A stretch of 40,199 nucleotides of DNA from an uncultured bacterium (GCA_902788415.1 CADAKF010000008.1:1-40199); one strand, 5' to 3'; shown: positions 9,954 through 17,695, counted from the stretch's first letter. A program made the numbers and translations. Notes: generated from the letters alone by a model not told the origin.

Positions 9954-9983
9954 AGTATATCAAAAATTGCGGTTATCGTGCAA
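9954..9983 (-). promoter_or_regulatory. sigma70 promoter of the S10 operon
   Basis: TTGCAC-N18-TATACT with TG extension, minus strand. Confidence 0.7.
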
Positions 9984-10105
9984 GGGTGTATTTTAACGTT
10001 TGAAGTTTTGGGGTTAGAAGTAAGAAGTTTTGGAGACCAAAACTCGCCGCGCGGACATTCATGAGGCCCACAATCTGTCGGCTCTCCTTCAAAAACTTCG
10101 CCACA

Positions 10106-10252
10106 TCACATCATCCCGCCATCCGCTGTTCTTGATCCGCAGCATGTCGCCGTCAAGCGAATAAGCGACGGAATCGACGTACAGCCGATCCCGCCGCAGA
10201 CGACGAGGAGCGCAAGGGATCCGAAGACAACAGACATCAGGATAGTGTTCAG
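10106..10252 (-). pseudogene. Probable remnant of a small membrane protein gene
   Basis: GAGAGG SD followed by CTG; NTILMSVVFGSLALLVVCGGIG resembles the N-terminus of the 16495..16605 peptide. Confidence 0.3.
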
Positions 10253-10275
10253 CTTGCACCTCTCTTTCCGGACTT

Positions 10276-11823
10276 TCAGCCCATGATTGACTTGATGTCT
10301 CCGTCGACGCCGCCAATTCCGCACAGGCCGAACCGCTCGAGTAGCGTCCGCGCGACACCCGGCGAGACGAACGCCGGCAACGTGGGCCCAAGACGGATGT
10401 TGCGGAAGCCGAGCGACAGCAGCGCCAGCAGGACTGCGACCGCCTTCTGCTCGTACCAGGCGATGTCGAAGGCGAGCGGCAGCTTGTTGACATCGTCAAG
10501 TCCAAACGCATCCTTAAGCGCGAGTGCGATTCGCACCAGCGAATACGAGTCGTTGCACTGGCCGGCGTCAAGAACGCGCGGAATGCCGGCGATCTCGCCC
10601 TTCACGTCCTTGATGTACCGGTATTTGGCGCATCCGGCCGTGAGGATCACCGTGTCGTGCGGCAGCTCGAGGGCGAGACGCGTGTAATACTCGCGCGTCG
10701 CGTGGCGTCCGTCACAGCCGGCCATCACAACAAACTTGCGGATCTGGCCGGACTTGACCGCGGCGACGATCTTCTCCGTAAGCGCCAGCACCTGGTCGTG
10801 CGCAAAGCCCCCGACGACCTCGCCCGACTCGAGGGACTTCGGGGGCGGACACTTCTTCGCGCACGCGACGACGGACGAGAAGTCCTTCGGCCGCCCCTCC
10901 TTGCGGTCCGCGACATGCGGCACGCCCGGATAGCCCGCGACGCCAGTCGTAAAGATACGGCCGCGGTAGGCATCCATCACCGGCACGATGCAGTTCGTCG
11001 TCATCAGGATCGCCCCGCCGAAATCGGCGAAGTCCTTCTGCTGACGATGCCATGCGCCGCCGTAGTTGCCCTTGAGGTGCGGATACTTCCGAAACGCCGG
11101 ATAGGCGTGGGCCGGCAGCATCTCCCCGTGCGTATAGACGTCGACGCCCGCATCCTTCGTCTGCTCAAGGAGCTCGGCGAGATCGCGGAGGTCGTGTCCC
11201 GACACGAGAATGCCCGGACGGTTACCGACGCCGAGGTTCACGCGCGTCATCTTCGGGTTTCCATAAGCGGCCGTATTGGCCGCGTCCAGAAGCGCCATCG
11301 CGCTGACGGCGTTCTTGCCGCAGTCGAGGACGAGCTGCGTCAGCTCCTCCGCCGTGCGTTTCTCGCCAAGTTCCCGCAAGGCCCGGAGGATGAAAGCGTA
11401 GACCGCCTCGTCCTCGCGCCCAAGCATCGCGGCATGATGGCAATAGGCGGCGACACCCTTCAGCCCGAACAGCGTCAGCTCCTTCAGGCTGCGCAAATCG
11501 GCGTTCGGTTCGTCAAACGCCCCCGGTCTCTTGCGCGCGCAGACACGCCCGAGACGATGCTCGGCTTCGGCAATCGCCGTCTTGAGGCGTTCGTCGTCGA
11601 AGTTTGCGTTCGTGAGCGTCAGGAAAAGCGACAATGTGACGAAGCGTCCGAGTTCAAGCGACGGTTCCTTCTCCGCCGCCAAGTCCTCAAGCCGCGCCAC
11701 GAGCTCGTCCATTAGCCCTGCTGTGGCGGGACGCTTTCCGCACACGCCTCCCCGCGTGCAGCCGGAGTTCCCGAAGGCCTCCTGGCACTGGCGGCAAAAC
11801 ATGGTCTTCTCGCTGTTGTTCAT
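10276..11823 (-). CDS. hcp: Hybrid cluster protein (hydroxylamine/NO reductase)
   Basis: N-terminal C-x2-C-x8-C-x5-C, SGHDL, YTHGEMLPAH, GCDG, GQCND, WYEQKA; start 11823 has an SD. Confidence 0.97.
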   Translation of the reverse strand: MNNSEKTMFCRQCQEAFGNSGCTRGGVCGKRPATAGLMDELVARLEDLAAEKEPSLELGRFVTLSLFLTLTNANFDDERLKTAIAEAEHRLGRVCARKRPGAFDEPNADLRSLKELTLFGLKGVAAYCHHAAMLGREDEAVYAFILRALRELGEKRTAEELTQLVLDCGKNAVSAMALLDAANTAAYGNPKMTRVNLGVGNRPGILVSGHDLRDLAELLEQTKDAGVDVYTHGEMLPAHAYPAFRKYPHLKGNYGGAWHRQQKDFADFGGAILMTTNCIVPVMDAYRGRIFTTGVAGYPGVPHVADRKEGRPKDFSSVVACAKKCPPPKSLESGEVVGGFAHDQVLALTEKIVAAVKSGQIRKFVVMAGCDGRHATREYYTRLALELPHDTVILTAGCAKYRYIKDVKGEIAGIPRVLDAGQCNDSYSLVRIALALKDAFGLDDVNKLPLAFDIAWYEQKAVAVLLALLSLGFRNIRLGPTLPAFVSPGVARTLLERFGLCGIGGVDGDIKSIMG

Positions 11824-11835
11824 GTCACACCATCC

Positions 11836-11973
11836 TTTCTCCTTTGTCGTTCGGAACCCCTTGGCGTCCCGGCCACTCGGCCGAACCCGCCTTTCCTCCC
11901 GACGGTGCACATTATGCACCATTCCGGCCTCCTTGTCCGTTGTAGTTACAACGGAATTGCAAATCTTCAGTTT
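11836..11973. repeat. 138-bp direct repeat, copy 1 (promoter plus 5' UTR of hcp)
   Basis: Matches 16617..16754 with 3 mismatches by eye. Confidence 0.95.
11911..11955 (-). promoter_or_regulatory. Crp/Fnr class II-type promoter of hcp
   Basis: Palindrome TCCGTTGTAgtTACAACGGA; the GTTG-N6-CAAC core lies 22 nt upstream of -10 CATAAT. Confidence 0.8.
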
Positions 11974-12983
11974 CCGCCAATCCAGATGGAGCCTAACCTT
12001 ATCAGCCCCTCGGGCCGCCAGTAGACCGCCAGCCCTTCGCCAGCCGTCGCGATTTTAACGATTTCTTCGTTATACTCAAGGCAAGCCGCCCGACCAAACT
12101 CAACCTCTTCGTTACCTTTAGCTAGCTCTAAATAGCGATTTTCGAGAAAAGCTTCAACATACACGCTTTCAGGCTTGTAGTTGAGCGGCATCATACTTGG
12201 CAATATTCGAATAAATTTCGCTTTTTTATTGCGACAACAGAGGTCTCTCACCAGCTTCTCGCCAGGGCTGATGAAGCCGCTAAGTATCGTAAATCCCCTC
12301 TCAATTGCGCTTTCCATTCGTTTTACGACTTCTTCAAGGTGTTTCCCTTTAACCTGCCGCGAAATACGAAGCGAGACAATCTTATTCTCTTCGTCTAATA
12401 GCGCGACGGTACCAACGCCTTTCCAATAATCGGCTCGGTCAAGCCGCGGCGAATCGAGTGGTTCAACAATGCGAAGCGCCTCTGGGCGATTCTTCATCAA
12501 CTCCCATTTCGCGACGTTGTAGGCGATATAACGCTCGGTTGAGGCAATTTTCTGCTCGTTTGGCAGCAAATGGTCGTGATAGCCCTGCCGCCAGCCGAAC
12601 TTGGCAGTTAGGCCAAACGCTGTTTGGCCATCGCGACTTACTTTAGAAATATGATTCTTCAGCCGCCTCACCGCGTTACCCAAAAACTTCAGTGGCTCGT
12701 TAAGCCCTGGTACGATATGGCAGTTGAAATGAAGATGATCTGGCATCACCACGCGACCGAAAAGCGACAGGCCCGGGTTGTAAAGTGGCAACGCCTCAAG
12801 CGACCTCAGCGCCTCTTCTCCAAGCGGCGTCAGTTTCAGCTTGCCGTCGACAATCGACCCAAACGCTGGTTGCCGCGGTTCAGTCACCAGCGTAATGAAA
12901 AGCGACGCCCCCCGGCTGTAATCCCAGCCCATAAATCGCCGATAGCGCTTTATCTCCTTGTGGGGCGAGGTCATCTCAATCAA
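11967..12983 (-). CDS. REP-associated tyrosine transposase-like (Y1 HUH) fused to a C-terminal DprA/SLOG-like domain
   Basis: WDYS..LFITLVT, VMPDHLH (HUH), WRQGYHDH, RYIAYN; C-terminal GFTILSGFISPGEK...NEEIVKIA. Start uncertain (TTG 12983 or ATG 12974). Confidence 0.8.
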   Translation of the reverse strand: MIEMTSPHKEIKRYRRFMGWDYSRGASLFITLVTEPRQPAFGSIVDGKLKLTPLGEEALRSLEALPLYNPGLSLFGRVVMPDHLHFNCHIVPGLNEPLKFLGNAVRRLKNHISKVSRDGQTAFGLTAKFGWRQGYHDHLLPNEQKIASTERYIAYNVAKWELMKNRPEALRIVEPLDSPRLDRADYWKGVGTVALLDEENKIVSLRISRQVKGKHLEEVVKRMESAIERGFTILSGFISPGEKLVRDLCCRNKKAKFIRILPSMMPLNYKPESVYVEAFLENRYLELAKGNEEVEFGRAACLEYNEEIVKIATAGEGLAVYWRPEGLIRLGSIWIGGN

Positions 12984-13338
12984 ACGGTCTCGCGCTTTTT
13001 TCTCCTGGGTGTCGCTTCAAATCTCGCGCCGCCAACCCGAAGCACGTTATAAGCATCAACGGACACCAGACCGCAAGAGTTCCTATCAGAAGCCCACAAA
13101 TCATTTCTCGCGCAGTTTGATCATAAGAGGCGAAGCAGTCACGGAAGATCCATTTCGCTCCCCATTGACAAACAAACAACGAGCCAATGAGCAGCGCCAA
13201 CCAAACCCGCGCAGCTGTTTTGGCGAAATTCAAAGTCACCCCAACAGCCTTGTACTTATCGTGGCGATAGACCCAAACGCGCGGGTCGTTTCGATTGTAA
13301 TAGACGCCGAACTTCAACAAACTCTCAGGCTTCATCAT
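12976..13338 (-). CDS. DUF5808-like membrane protein
   Basis: YYNRNDPRVWV...GVTLNFA motif followed by two hydrophobic helices; GGAGG SD before the ATGs at 13338/13335. Confidence 0.7.
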   Translation of the reverse strand: MMKPESLLKFGVYYNRNDPRVWVYRHDKYKAVGVTLNFAKTAARVWLALLIGSLFVCQWGAKWIFRDCFASYDQTAREMICGLLIGTLAVWCPLMLITCFGLAARDLKRHPGEKSARPFD

Positions 13339-13428
13339 CACCTCCCGAACCGTATCACACCAAACCAACCGCCTCTCTAACCGCTCCAACCCAACCAGTT
13401 CAATCCAGATGGTCGAGCTGTGCTCGAC

Positions 13429-13642
13429 CTATCCTTCGTACACCCCTTCGATCTCGACGACGTAGACATCGTGGAGCGAGCCGCCAGGCTGGTTGCCGTA
13501 CCACTTCTCGAGAATCGACTTGTCGATGAAGTTGGCAGCGGGTAAGGCGTACCTGCTCGAAGGTCATCGCACCGCTGTCAAGCGCCACGCCGAGCGCAGC
13601 AACCCCTTCTACAAACTCCTTGCGATCGATCTTTTGCATCAT
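13429..13642 (-). pseudogene. Internally deleted, frameshifted flavin reductase-like gene
   Basis: Tat-like start (KIDRKEFVEGVAALG) joined to SGAMTFEQVRL, then in another frame NFIDKSILEKWYG...HDVYVVEIEGVYEG*. Confidence 0.55.
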
Positions 13643-13649
13643 TCGAGTT

Positions 13650-13740
13650 TTAGTATATCACAAACCTCCACTTGAGGTCCTGATCAAGGCTCATGGCGCA
13701 GGCAATGCCGATGCGCGAGGTCTCCACAAAGTCCCTGAAA
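13650..13740 (-). pseudogene. Possible C-terminal remnant of a 3-methyladenine DNA glycosylase (MPG)
   Basis: ETSRIGIACAMSLDQDLKWRFVIY* resembles the RIGI...WRF C-terminus. Confidence 0.3.
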
Positions 13741-13742
13741 AG

Positions 13743-13775
13743 CGAAGGACCCGGAGAACTCACTCCGGGCCCTTG
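13743..13775 (-). terminator. Hairpin repeat copy 1 (terminator or REP-like)
   Basis: aaggacccggag-aactca-ctccgggccctt; near identical to 14829..14860. Confidence 0.65.
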
Positions 13776-13835
13776 GGGAAGATCTACGCCTGAAACTCGA
13801 ACTTGGAGCCGCTACCATCTCCTTTCTTTTTTGGC

Positions 13836-13881
13836 CCGCGGACATGATCTTCAACCGTTGCGCTGGCGTAAACTTATCCAT
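13836..13881 (-). pseudogene. Possible N-terminal remnant of a Vsr endonuclease
   Basis: MDKFTPAQRLKIMSA resembles the Vsr N-terminus, then similarity stops; start overlaps the EamA stop. Confidence 0.35.
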
Positions 13882-14764
13882 CCCGACCTCTCGTCTCGAT
13901 GGCGGCGGAACCGACGATGAACGCCGTGCCAAGCCATTGCAGCCAAGTCACCCCTTCGCCTAGAAAGGCAATGCCCATTGCCATCGCAATGACCGGCGTG
14001 AAGTAGGCCGTCATCGCCAACGTCGAGGTCCGAAGATACTTTTGCGCCGCGTTCCACGTCCAGAACGACATCAGCGTCGAGATGAGTCCGAGTCCGCCGA
14101 CCAGTGCCCACGACTTCGGCGCCGACGGCCAGGCAAAGTCGCCGAACGGAAGGACGAGCCCGATCATGCCCGCCCCAAGCAGCATCGTCCAAGTCGTGAA
14201 GACGGACGAGCCCAGCTTCCGGTTGAGCCGCTTGCCGAAGACCGTATAGACACCCCACGTGGCCGCCGACAGGAGAATGTACACGTCGCCCATTGAATAG
14301 GCATTCAGCTTGAGACCGTTCCCATCGACAATCTGAATCACCAGCACGGCACCGATGAAACCGCTCGCAAGCCCGCACAACCCCTTCACGTCGACACGGC
14401 GACGAACCAGTGCGTCGACGAGATAGATCATGAGCGGCGTCAGGGCGTCGGCCATCGACGCGTTGGCCGTGCTGACGCGGGCGCAGCCCTTGAAGACGCA
14501 CCACGCCATGATACAAGTTCCGACCGGAGCGAGCCATGCCATCTCCAGCCAATCACCACGCGTCGGGGATGCGAGCCGCGCACGCCCCTTCGCCGTCGCC
14601 GCCCCGGCCGCCAGCATCGCGCCGCCAGCAATCGCAAAACGCAGAAACGACAACACCTCCGGCGAGACGCCGCACTCCTTCGTCAGTGCCCCGCCAAACA
14701 CAAATGTCGCCGCAAAGCCCGTGATGGACAGCGCAGCAAGAAAGAATCCGAGCAGAATCCTCAT
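13874..14764 (-). CDS. EamA/DMT family transporter
   Basis: About 10 hydrophobic helices, LRFAIAG, GD..ILLSAATWGVY; start MRILLG with SD. Confidence 0.9.
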   Translation of the reverse strand: MRILLGFFLAALSITGFAATFVFGGALTKECGVSPEVLSFLRFAIAGGAMLAAGAATAKGRARLASPTRGDWLEMAWLAPVGTCIMAWCVFKGCARVSTANASMADALTPLMIYLVDALVRRRVDVKGLCGLASGFIGAVLVIQIVDGNGLKLNAYSMGDVYILLSAATWGVYTVFGKRLNRKLGSSVFTTWTMLLGAGMIGLVLPFGDFAWPSAPKSWALVGGLGLISTLMSFWTWNAAQKYLRTSTLAMTAYFTPVIAMAMGIAFLGEGVTWLQWLGTAFIVGSAAIETRGRDG

Positions 14765-14828
14765 ATCCCCTTCTCCCTTTTGCTGCATCAGTATACCACA
14801 AATCGGCATTTGCGGCCCTCAGACAACA

Positions 14829-14860
14829 CGAAGGCCCGGAGAACTCGCTCCGGGCCCTTG
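14829..14860 (-). terminator. Hairpin repeat copy 2, downstream of dfx
   Basis: aaggcccggag-aactcg-ctccgggccctt. Confidence 0.65.
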
Positions 14861-14876
14861 TCAAGAGTCGCGTCCT

Positions 14877-15254
14877 TCAGTTCGCCAGGGCCTTCCACAG
14901 GCCATGCAGGTTGCAGTATTCGTAAACGGACTTCACCTTGTCACGCGGCACGAGCGCAAAAGTCGCTTCGGGCTTGTCCCCGGCCTTGAGCTCCTTGCGC
15001 TGATTGCCGTTCTCGGTCTCGATGGCGATCCACTCGATGCGGTGGGCATCCATCATCGGATGCTCCGCCGAACCGACCTTCACCGTGACCGTGCCGCCCG
15101 CCACCGTGTAGACTGGGACGTGCTTTTCCTTCGCGCCGTCGGTCGTCCCCGGGACGAGCTCGCGCATCGGCTTGCCGCAGCAGACCGTATCAACAGCCGT
15201 TGCCTTGACCATTGCAACGATCTTGCCGCAAATGTCGCACTTGTAGAATTTCAT
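14877..15254 (-). CDS. dfx: Desulfoferrodoxin / superoxide reductase (2Fe type)
   Basis: CxxC...CC desulforedoxin domain, EKHVP, HPM, CNLHGLW. Confidence 0.95.
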   Translation of the reverse strand: MKFYKCDICGKIVAMVKATAVDTVCCGKPMRELVPGTTDGAKEKHVPVYTVAGGTVTVKVGSAEHPMMDAHRIEWIAIETENGNQRKELKAGDKPEATFALVPRDKVKSVYEYCNLHGLWKALAN

Positions 15255-15281
15255 AGCAACACCTCCGTTTCGTTTGATTGA

Positions 15282-15887
15282 TTATTCGCCTTCCGGACGA
15301 TGATAGCCGCACTTCGGACAAGCCCCGTCCTTCAGCGCGATGCCGCACCACGGACACCGGTCCATCGTCATGCGGGACGGGAACTCGGCCGTCGCCACAT
15401 TGACGCCACTCGTGAAGGTGATCTTCACGATGTTGAGCTTGTCCTTCAGGAGCTCGTACACCATCTTGATGAACCCCTCGACGGTCATGGTCTCCTTTGT
15501 GACCACGAGTCGGCACTCGGGATAAGCGGTGCAGAGGTCCGTCTTGAACGCAGGGCCCTTCATCGTGTTCGTGGGCGCGCCGTTCCGAATCCCCTGCTTC
15601 TCGTACACAGCAAGAATCGCCGGGAGGAGCGGATCGTCCTCGCGCAAGACAAGCGCGTGGTCGAAGTTCTTCAGGACGTTCCACGCCGTCTTCTGGATCT
15701 CGTTACACGGGAAAACCATGTTGACGCCGGGATTGACCGAGTCCTCGACCTCAAGCGTCAGCCCGCCGGTGTGACCGTGCAGGTACTGCGCCTCGCCCTT
15801 GAACCCGTAGAACCGGTGAGCGTACTGGATGTCGAGATGAGCGACGGACCGAATCGTCTTGCAGCAGCAGTTGGTGCTCTTGTTCAT
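15282..15887 (-). CDS. QueD/PTPS (COG0720)-family T-fold protein with C-terminal Zn ribbon
   Basis: AHRF...LHGH, FDH, TVE motifs; C-terminal CPWC-x9-CPKC. Confidence 0.85.
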   Translation of the reverse strand: MNKSTNCCCKTIRSVAHLDIQYAHRFYGFKGEAQYLHGHTGGLTLEVEDSVNPGVNMVFPCNEIQKTAWNVLKNFDHALVLREDDPLLPAILAVYEKQGIRNGAPTNTMKGPAFKTDLCTAYPECRLVVTKETMTVEGFIKMVYELLKDKLNIVKITFTSGVNVATAEFPSRMTMDRCPWCGIALKDGACPKCGYHRPEGE

Positions 15888-16000
15888 AGTCGTGATCCTT
15901 TCGTTATACGTTTGATTGGTAGGGCGCGCAACCCCTGCGCGCCGCAGTTCTTCTTCGGCGCAAGGCAAACTGTCTGACCTTGCGCCGAAGAGCGGAGGGC

Positions 16001-16300
16001 TTAGTTGACGCCTCCTCCGGCACCTGCCGTCACGCCGTCAGCGCCAGCGCCGACGTTCGCGTTCGCGGACATGCTGCGGCTCCCGACGTTCGAGTCGCTG
16101 CCGACACGAATGCCGTCCGTGCCAACCCCGACGGTCATCGAGGTGTTGACGCCGCTCGTTTTCTTCCCGCAGCACTCTTTCTTGCAGCAAGGATCCTTGC
16201 AGCAGTCCTTCGAGCCGAACATGCAGCAGCCCGTAAGAGCAACCGCCAGTGCGCCTGCCGTCACCGCAACCTTAACCGACTTCGTGATGATCTTGTTCAT
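16001..16300 (-). CDS. Cys-rich lipoprotein
   Basis: GGAGG SD, signal peptide with lipobox LTGC, four CC pairs, Gly-rich beta-type C-terminus. Confidence 0.8.
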   Translation of the reverse strand: MNKIITKSVKVAVTAGALAVALTGCCMFGSKDCCKDPCCKKECCGKKTSGVNTSMTVGVGTDGIRVGSDSNVGSRSMSANANVGAGADGVTAGAGGGVN

Positions 16301-16356
16301 AAATCGTGCACCTCCGTTTTGTTTCGCGGGAAGAACCATTCCTCCCGACGCCGCAC

Positions 16357-16398
16357 ATTATGCACCATTTCGCTTTCGTTGTATGTTGGAAAAACAAC
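16357..16398 (-). promoter_or_regulatory. Crp/Fnr class II-type promoter of the lipoprotein gene
   Basis: GTTGgaaaaaCAAC (16385-16398) 22 nt upstream of CATAAT (16357-16362). Confidence 0.7.
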
Positions 16399-16427
16399 GA
16401 AAATGAAATTTGGCCGAATCGACGAAA

Positions 16428-16456
16428 CGAAAGGCGCGGCATTTCTGCCGCGCCTG
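16428..16456 (-). terminator. Intrinsic terminator
   Basis: aggcgcggca-gaaa-tgccgcgcct followed by a T-rich tail on the minus strand. Confidence 0.7.
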
Positions 16457-16494
16457 AGTCGACTCTGCTTTTGCATTACTTCGTCGCGGATTCT

Positions 16495-16605
16495 TCAGGT
16501 CGCGCAATCGCGACGGCGGCGGCAACGGCAGCAGTAGCCGATGAATCCGCACACGATCAGGAATCCGACAATTCCGACAGCAGCCCAGATCAGGATATTC
16601 GTCAT
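16495..16605 (-). CDS. 36-aa single-TM peptide with Cys/Arg-rich tail (not in ORF track)
   Basis: MTNILIWAAVGIVGFLIVCGFIGYCCRCRRRRDCAT; GAGG SD, own promoter and terminator. Confidence 0.7.
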   Translation of the reverse strand: MTNILIWAAVGIVGFLIVCGFIGYCCRCRRRRDCAT

Positions 16606-16616
16606 AGCGCACCTCG

Positions 16617-16754
16617 TTTCTCCTTTGTCGTTCGGAACCCCTTGGCGTCCCAGCCACTCGGCCGAACCCGCCTTTCCTCCCGACGGCGCACATTATGCAC
16701 CATTCCGGTCTCCTTGTCCGTTGTAGTTACAACGGAATTGCAAATCTTCAGTTT
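16617..16754. repeat. 138-bp direct repeat, copy 2
   Basis: Matches 11836..11973; contains CATAAT 16692-16697 and GTTG-N6-CAAC 16720-16733. Confidence 0.95.
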
Positions 16755-16798
16755 TCGTATCTGCCGCCGAAAGACGCTTCATCTGCTCTTCAGCCTGA

Positions 16799-17413
16799 TC
16801 AGATGAAGTTCGTCTGCACCAGCTGTTCCTTCTCGGGCAGTCCATATTTCTCCTTGCCGAGGGCAATCGACTTCATGAGAAAAACCATGTTCTTCGCGAG
16901 GGTACGCATCGTTTGCAGGCCCTCGGCGTCTTCCTCCGCCTCGCCGGGCGTACAGCCGTGGACGCTGTTCCAGTACTGGCTCGAGGCGATCGGCATGCCG
17001 GAGATCGTGAAGTACTTGTTCAGGACATCGAACGTCGCCGAACAACCGCCGCGGCGAGCGACCGCCACCGACGCGCCCACCTTCATCCGCTTGTCGAACG
17101 GAGTGGAGAAGAACAGCCGATCGAGAAAGGAGACGAGGGTCCCGTTCGGCGAGGCGTAATAGACCGGCGAGGCAACGACCAAGCCGTCGGCCTCCTTGAA
17201 CTTGTCCGCCGCCTCGTTAACGACATCCTCGACCACGCACTTGCCGAGTTTCTTGCACGTGTAGCAGCCGAGGCAGCCGGGAACGCGCTTGATGCCGAGC
17301 TCCACGTTTTCGACTTCGACGCCTTCTGCGGCGAAGACCTTCTTCAGTTCACCAATCGCCACGGACACGTTCCCGTCACGATGCGGACTTCCATTTACAA
17401 TCAGAACCTTCAT
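16799..17413 (-). CDS. Iron-sulfur flavoprotein / flavodoxin-like FMN reductase
   Basis: NGSPHRDGN, CLGCYTC-x5-C, SPVYY, RRGG. Confidence 0.92.
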   Translation of the reverse strand: MKVLIVNGSPHRDGNVSVAIGELKKVFAAEGVEVENVELGIKRVPGCLGCYTCKKLGKCVVEDVVNEAADKFKEADGLVVASPVYYASPNGTLVSFLDRLFFSTPFDKRMKVGASVAVARRGGCSATFDVLNKYFTISGMPIASSQYWNSVHGCTPGEAEEDAEGLQTMRTLAKNMVFLMKSIALGKEKYGLPEKEQLVQTNFI

Positions 17414-17438
17414 TTTCCGTTTCCCTAAAACAGTCCGG

Positions 17439-17481
17439 AAAAAGCGACGGGACGCGACTTTTTCGCCGCACCCCGTCGCTT
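17439..17481 (-). terminator. Intrinsic terminator after rubredoxin
   Basis: agcgacggggtgcggc-gaaaaa-gtcgcgtcccgtcgct followed by a T run on the minus strand. Confidence 0.7.
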
Positions 17482-17496
17482 GAGTCTCAGACCTGC

Positions 17497-17646
17497 TCAG
17501 TTGTAGGCCGGCTCAAAGTCGTTCTTGCCGACGCCGCAGAGCGGACAATGCCAGTCCGCCGGCAGGTCTTCGAACGCCACATTGTTGTTCTCCGCCGGAT
17601 CGTAGATCCAGCCGCAGATCTTGCACACGTACTTTGTCTTGTTCAT
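17497..17646 (-). CDS. Rubredoxin (49 aa; not in ORF track)
   Basis: [17 protein letters not shown]...[20 protein letters not shown]. Confidence 0.96.
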   Translation of the reverse strand: MNKTKYVCKICGWIYDPAENNNVAFEDLPADWHCPLCGVGKNDFEPAYN

Positions 17647-17695
17647 ATCACACCTTCCTTTCTCTTAAAGTCGCTCGTTTCGTTTGACGCCCTAT

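Noticed and set aside
11850-11900. c-di-GMP-I riboswitch in the duplicated UTR
   Set aside because: Only a loose likeness to one hairpin (ggc...gacgccaag); no GNRA loop/receptor and no second hairpin
11967-12983. Active IS200/IS605 element
   Set aside because: No tnpB or clear subterminal hairpin ends; the sequence is RAYT-like with an extra domain and overlaps the upstream gene
15952-15991. Inverted repeat as a terminator after the lipoprotein gene
   Set aside because: The stem is real but lacks a clear U tract and no separate promoter is seen for the downstream gene; more likely a stabilising or processing hairpin
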